Below are positions 59,429 to 64,000 of a stretch of DNA of 64,000 nt, in pieces. Location: NCBI GenBank assembly GCA_963762145.1, contig CAVXJS010000009.1:32001-96000 (forward strand), read 5' to 3'. Under the pieces are notes generated by a model, which saw only the letters and a list, made by a program, of their open reading frames with translations, did no database searches and had not been told where the DNA came from. A program made the position numbers and the translations under genes. Source of the stretch: an uncultured Candidatus Rokubacteria bacterium. GTDB lineage: Bacteria; Methylomirabilota; Methylomirabilia; Rokubacteriales; CSP1-6. Each line of letters starts with the position of its first letter. The first letter of the stretch is position 1.

Positions 59429-60234
59429 GCGCGACTCTCCACCGCGACCCCGTCGGCGAGCAGGGCCAGGAGCTGATGGACCTCGGAGACGTCCTCCAGG
59501 CGGTACGCCGCCTTCGACGCGGGCACCGCGTCGCCGACGCGGACCGTGAGGGCCTGGCCGCTCAGCACCTCGAAGGCGTGCTCGTCGGTCCAGTCGTCGC
59601 CCAGGTAGAGCCAGAGCGCGGGCTCGGGGAGGCTCCGCCGCAGGCGCTCCTCGATCCACTGCGCGCACTCGCCCTTGGTCCAGGCCACCTGCGGCAGCAC
59701 CTCGATCACCTTGCTGCCGTGGAAGATCTTCAGCAGGCCGCCCGGCTGCTCCTGGATCGCGCGGGCCAGCTCGATCTCCACCCGGCGGATCTCGTCCGCG
59801 GCCACGTGCCGGTAGTGCACGGCCACCGCGAGGCCCTTCGTCTCGACACGCATCCCGCTCACCGCGGGGGCGCGACGGAGCAGGACGTCGCCCACCGCCC
59901 CCAGCATGGCCCGCTGGGCCAGCGCGTCCGGATGGCGGAAGGCCAGGTTCGGGCCCTCGATCTCGAGCCCGTGGCAGCCCGCGTAGATGACGTCGTCGAG
60001 CGCGACGCGGGCCCGAAGATCCTCCAGACCGCGCCCGGAGATCACCGCCACGCGGGCCCGCGGGGAGCGGGCGAGACGCCCGAGGTCCTCACGCGTCTGG
60101 GCGGCGAGGATCGCATCGGCCGGATCGTCCACGATGGGCGTGAGAGTGCCGTCGTAGTCGGTCATCAGGAGAACGCTGCCGGGGCCGGCCAGGGACTCCT
60201 CCGCCCAGCTCAGGAGACGGGCGAGATCGCTCAC
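59425..60234 (-). CDS. otsB: Trehalose-6-phosphate phosphatase
   Basis: TDYDGTLTPI, ISGR, GCHGLE, VHYR, KG, GDDWTDE. Confidence 0.93.
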   Translation of the reverse strand: MSDLARLLSWAEESLAGPGSVLLMTDYDGTLTPIVDDPADAILAAQTREDLGRLARSPRARVAVISGRGLEDLRARVALDDVIYAGCHGLEIEGPNLAFRHPDALAQRAMLGAVGDVLLRRAPAVSGMRVETKGLAVAVHYRHVAADEIRRVEIELARAIQEQPGGLLKIFHGSKVIEVLPQVAWTKGECAQWIEERLRRSLPEPALWLYLGDDWTDEHAFEVLSGQALTVRVGDAVPASKAAYRLEDVSEVHQLLALLADGVAVESRA

Positions 60235-60391
60235 GCGCGGCGCTCCGAACCGCGGGGCGTCACCGGCTGCATCGAAACCACTCGCGCGCTCAGTATCGAC
60301 ATGGCACACGCAACTTGCGAGGACGACCGGACCAACTAGGCAAACCTCAGCATATCGGGCGGGCACGGGCGGGTCAAGAGTCGGGGCGCCC

Positions 60392-60925
60392 TCAGGTCCG
60401 CGGATACGGGTCCCCGCTGCGGGCGAGGGCTCGCATCGCGCCGTCCAGGATCTGCGCCGTGGAGCCGGCGAGTCCCCAGTTGCCGCCGTACGCGTAGTAG
60501 TGCGAGTACCCGCCCTCGTCCAGCCGAGCCAGGAGGCCCTCCCCGCTTTCCTGGATCAGCAGCAGCACACGCTCGCTGCGGCAGGTCGCCGGCACGCAGC
60601 CAGTCACCGCGACGTAGTTCGCGTCGCCGACTCGCACGCCGCGCGGGGGCTCCGTGCGACCGAAGTAGGCGGCGGCACCCTTCGTGATCTTGCCACGGCC
60701 TTCCGCGGTGGGCGTCCAGTCGGCGCCGAAGAGGTTGCGGATCTTGTCTCGGAGCTGCGGATTGGTGACGACCTCTTCCCCGGTACGACCGAAGGTGGCC
60801 TCGCGAGGCCCCGGCTCGAGCACGCCGGCCATCGGCGGTGGCGGCGTCCCCGCCGGCGGATCGATCGTGCAGGCCGCGATGAGCGCGCCCAGAGCCAGCG
60901 TGAATCCCAGGAGCCCGCTGCGCAT
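60392..60925 (-). CDS. Lipoprotein with CxPxxC motif
   Basis: GGAGGGAG RBS, IAAC lipobox, VTGCVPATC. Confidence 0.75.
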   Translation of the reverse strand: MRSGLLGFTLALGALIAACTIDPPAGTPPPPMAGVLEPGPREATFGRTGEEVVTNPQLRDKIRNLFGADWTPTAEGRGKITKGAAAYFGRTEPPRGVRVGDANYVAVTGCVPATCRSERVLLLIQESGEGLLARLDEGGYSHYYAYGGNWGLAGSTAQILDGAMRALARSGDPYPRT

Positions 60926-60970
60926 GATGGTTCTCCCTCCGGCGAATTGGTGACCGTCCCGGGAAAAGCG

Positions 60971-60985
60971 GCAACCCCCATGCCA
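60971..60985 (-). promoter_or_regulatory. sigma54 -24/-12 promoter
   Basis: TGGCAT-GGGGG-TTGC. Confidence 0.65.
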
Positions 60986-61056
60986 CGAGGCATCGGGCCG
61001 CGAAGCCTTTCGGCGCAGGGGTTTGGAGTGAATCTTCCTGATCACATCGGAACACA

Positions 61057-61075
61057 GCCGGTAAGACTTACCGGC
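61057..61075. promoter_or_regulatory. Palindrome GCCGGTAAG-A-CTTACCGGC (GTAA-N3-TTAC core)
   Basis: Perfect inverted repeat ~75 bp upstream of the sigma54 site. Confidence 0.55.
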
Positions 61076-61100
61076 ATCGGAAGCTTTTACGTCCATGACT

Positions 61101-61663
61101 TCAGCGGGGCGCCTTTGACATCTCATCGGCCAGGAGAAAGGCCTTGTCGGCCAGCGTGAACGCTCTCTGCACGTCGCGGGTCGAGAGCGCCTCGCGGGCC
61201 TTGACGAGGAAGCTCTGGATGGTCCGGTAGCTCTCTTGCTGCTCGCGAGGCAGGCGAGCCGGGTCGATCCGCTGTACCAGCTTCTCGGTGCCTTCGATCC
61301 GGCGCTCGGCCTGCGTCTTCAGCCGCTGCTCCTCTTCCGCGCTGGCCTGCGGAGCCAGCACCGGCGGCTCGCGGGGAATCGCCGCGCTGCGCGGCGGCGC
61401 CGGTGCGGGCGCCGCGGGCGGCACAGGCGTGGGCGCGGGGGGCGTGGCGAGCGGCGCCGGCGTCGTGGGTCGGGGGGAGCCGGCGGGGGCACCGGCTCCC
61501 GGACCGCGGGGATCGACCTGGCCGCGAGCTCCTCCTCGGCCGGGTTCGAGGCGCGTGGCCGCGCCATGGTCGGTGCGGGCACCAGGAAGTCGCTGGCGCC
61601 CGCGCAGCCACCGAGGGTGGCGGCGACGAGCAGGAGGCCGAGCGGGCCGCGCAATCGCGTCAT
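61101..61663 (-). CDS. Pro-rich lipoprotein, frameshifted
   Basis: LGGC lipobox, Pro-rich linker, C-terminal IQSFLVKAREAL...AFTLADKA helix. ATGA overlap with the kinase gene. Confidence 0.7.
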
Positions 61664-63471
61664 CGGAGCGGCAGGCGGACGACCATGGCCGTCCCCCGTC
61701 CCAGCTCGGACTTCGCCTCGATCGTGCCGTCGTGAAGCTGCACGATACGGTACACCACCGAGAGACCGATGCCGCTGCCTCCCACCTTGCTGGTGTAGTA
61801 GAGCTTGAAGATCTTGGTCAGGTCCTCCGGCGCGATGCCCACGCCCTGGTCCGTCACCGTCACCCGCACCCAGTCGAGCTCGTCGGGTCGCGTGCGGACC
61901 CGGACCGCGCCACCGCTGGGCATGGCCTGCACCGCGTTCTGCAGGATGTTGATGAACGCCTGGCGCAGCAGCTCCTCGTCGGCGCTCACCACGGGCAGGT
62001 CCGCGTCCAGCTCGAGGACGAAGCGCACCCCGTGGCTCTGGCTCTCCGCCTCCAGCAGCGCGCACACGCTCTGGAGCATCGCGTTGAGATCCACCGGCTT
62101 GAGCGTCAGCTCCTGCGGGCGCATGAACTTGAGGAACCCCTGCACGACCCGGTCCAGCCGCCGGATCTCGCCGCCGATGACCTCCAGGCTCTGCCGGACG
62201 TCGGCCCCGGAATCCTCGAGCCGCTCCTTGAGCAGCTCGACGTGGATCATCATCGCATTGAGGGGGTTCTTGACCTCGTGGGCCACACCCGAGGTGAGCC
62301 GGCCGAGCGCGGCGAGCTTGGCCGAGTAGCTCACGAGCGACTGCACCGTCTTGACCGACTCCAGGTCCTTCAGCAGGATCGCCACGCCCATGACCCGGTG
62401 CGCGTCCTCCATGTGGAAGGCCGAGACCAGGAACTCCTTGTCCCGGCCGTCGTACGGCAGGACCACCGTGGCGTTGCGGATCCCCGCGGAGCCGACCAGC
62501 ACCTGATCCACGAAGGGCAGCAACGGATGGGCGGGATCCAGCACCTCGTGGATGGGCAGGCCGACCGCCCGCTCGAGCGGGATACCCACCACCGTCTCCG
62601 CGGCCCGGTTGAAGAACAGGATGTGCCGCTCCGGGTTCAGGAAGATCACGCCGTCTTCCAGCTGGTCCACCACCCCTTGCAGGTTGGCCTTCTCGCTGAG
62701 CGTCAACAGCCGGTCCGCCTGCAGCTCGCGTCCCAGGCGCGTGAGCTGGGAGGAGAGCTCCTGGAACTCGTCACCGCCCTGGGCCAGCGGCGTGGCCTCG
62801 AGCGGCTCACCGCGCCGGATCCGGTCGACCTGCCCCACGATGGCGCGGATCGGCCGCACCGTGAGCTGCGCCAGCACCATCGCGGCCAGCCAGGCCAGGG
62901 GCAGCGCGACCGCGGCCACCGCCAGGCTCTGCTGGAGCGACCCGGTGACCTCGCGCCGCAGGAGCGTCGTGGAGACGCCCAGACGAATGGACCCGAAGAG
63001 CCGGTCGTTGAGCGTCATCGGCAGCACCGTCTCGTAGGTGCGACCCGCGGTGTAGAGCGCGGAGAAGCGGCTCAGCGTGTCGAGCTTCAGGAGCCCGTCG
63101 AGGTTCGGGCGGTCCGGCTCCGGCTTGCCTTCCTTCTGCCGCTCGGTGTGGAGCAGTACGGTACCGGTGTGGTCGGTCACGAGCGCGTAGACCAGGTGCG
63201 GCGAGTACCCGACGCTGGCGTCGAGGAAGCTGCGCAGCTCCGGATCCTCCCGGAGCGCGACGAGCGGATCCGCGCCGGGCGTGCGCTGCAGCGCGCGGCC
63301 GGTCTGGGCGTAGATCTGCTTGGCGATGAGCTCGGCCTGCTTCACCGCCTCCTGCACCACCACGCGGCTGAGCTGGGAGAGATGGATGGCGGTGGCGGTG
63401 GTGACCACGAGCAGCGTGAGCAGGCTGACGACCAGCGCCTCCCGCCCCCGCACCCCGAGTCGCAGCCGCAT
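61660..63471 (-). CDS. Membrane HAMP-PAS histidine kinase (NtrB-like)
   Basis: GVAHEVKNPL, NILQNAVQA, DQGVGI, GSGIGL. Confidence 0.93.
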   Translation of the reverse strand: MRLRLGVRGREALVVSLLTLLVVTTATAIHLSQLSRVVVQEAVKQAELIAKQIYAQTGRALQRTPGADPLVALREDPELRSFLDASVGYSPHLVYALVTDHTGTVLLHTERQKEGKPEPDRPNLDGLLKLDTLSRFSALYTAGRTYETVLPMTLNDRLFGSIRLGVSTTLLRREVTGSLQQSLAVAAVALPLAWLAAMVLAQLTVRPIRAIVGQVDRIRRGEPLEATPLAQGGDEFQELSSQLTRLGRELQADRLLTLSEKANLQGVVDQLEDGVIFLNPERHILFFNRAAETVVGIPLERAVGLPIHEVLDPAHPLLPFVDQVLVGSAGIRNATVVLPYDGRDKEFLVSAFHMEDAHRVMGVAILLKDLESVKTVQSLVSYSAKLAALGRLTSGVAHEVKNPLNAMMIHVELLKERLEDSGADVRQSLEVIGGEIRRLDRVVQGFLKFMRPQELTLKPVDLNAMLQSVCALLEAESQSHGVRFVLELDADLPVVSADEELLRQAFINILQNAVQAMPSGGAVRVRTRPDELDWVRVTVTDQGVGIAPEDLTKIFKLYYTSKVGGSGIGLSVVYRIVQLHDGTIEAKSELGRGTAMVVRLPLR

Positions 63472-63472
63472 G

Positions 63473-64000
63473 CTAGCTGCCGTAGGTCTTGAGCTTGTTG
63501 TGCAGCGTCTTGAGGCTGATCCCGAGCACATCCGCGGCCCGGGTCTTGTTGTTGCCGTTGGCCGCGAGCGTCTTGAGGATGATGGCCTTCTCGGCCTCCT
63601 CCAGGCTCGTCCCGACCCGGAAGCTCACCGAGTCGGGTCCGTCGCCGCCGTCGGCCACCCGCAGGGTCGGCGACGGCGGAATGTGCTTGGGCAGGATGGT
63701 GTCGGTCTCGCAGACGATGATCGCGCGCTCGAGAGTGTTGCGCAGCTCCCGGACATTGCCGGGCCAGGGCTGGGCCACGAGCCCGCTCAGCACCGCCTCG
63801 TCCAGCGAGCGGATGTGCTTGTCGTAGCGCGTGTTGAACTCCTCGATGAACGCCTGCACGAGGGCCGGGATGTCGTCGCGCCGCTCACGCAGCGGGGGCA
63901 GCACGAGGCTCACGACGTTCAAGCGGTAGTAGAGATCTTCCCGGAACGTCCCCTCCTGGATGGCCTTGACCGGATCCTTGTTGGTCGCGGCGAGCACCCG
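63473..64000 (-). CDS. sigma54-dependent NtrC-family activator (C-terminal part)
   Basis: AATNKD, FREDLYYRLNV, WPGNVREL, Fis HTH NKTRAADVLGISLKTLHNKL. Confidence 0.95.
   Translation of the reverse strand, partial: RVLAATNKDPVKAIQEGTFREDLYYRLNVVSLVLPPLRERRDDIPALVQAFIEEFNTRYDKHIRSLDEAVLSGLVAQPWPGNVRELRNTLERAIIVCETDTILPKHIPPSPTLRVADGGDGPDSVSFRVGTSLEEAEKAIILKTLAANGNNKTRAADVLGISLKTLHNKLKTYGS

Noticed and set aside
60302-60318. sigma54 promoter TGGCAC...TTGC
   Set aside because: The spacer is 7 nt instead of 5 and it points away from otsB.

Overview
High-GC bacterial window. The gene families (orphan ABC substrate-binding protein, GAF histidine kinases with a Lys/Arg-rich N-terminus, many stand-alone REC proteins) suggest a Rokubacteria/Methylomirabilota-like soil organism; this is inference. 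Scattered single-base frameshifts in otherwise intact genes look like long-read errors. Layout: (1) 1-8 kb: OpgC/SGNH operon, a MetE-like gene coupled to a hybrid kinase, two amidohydrolases. (2) ~8-35.7 kb: a patchwork accessory region ending at tRNA-Glu, rich in microproteins, REC proteins and internally deleted gene remnants. (3) 35.8-47.4 kb: GAF kinase, a voltage-gated channel with a CavMr-like TLEGWVE filter, an RND efflux operon, a PEP-CTERM-like protein and a type IV pilin. (4) 47.6-52.6 kb: a ~4.9 kb element integrated at tRNA-Lys, with a 45-bp direct repeat and a truncated tyrosine integrase. (5) 52.6-64 kb: hpnR, OmpA, trehalose synthesis genes and a sigma54 two-component system. 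Best candidate for an undescribed system: a family of ~80-95 aa CxxC-x22-29-HxxC-x3-W putative zinc-finger microproteins (7 full-length copies, one with the second Cys changed to Trp, plus 2 deleted or chimeric copies). Four of them alternate strictly with single-domain response regulators at 8149-10891. Also notable: ten correctly oriented sigma54-like promoters, three of which have a GTAA-N3-TTAC palindrome upstream.
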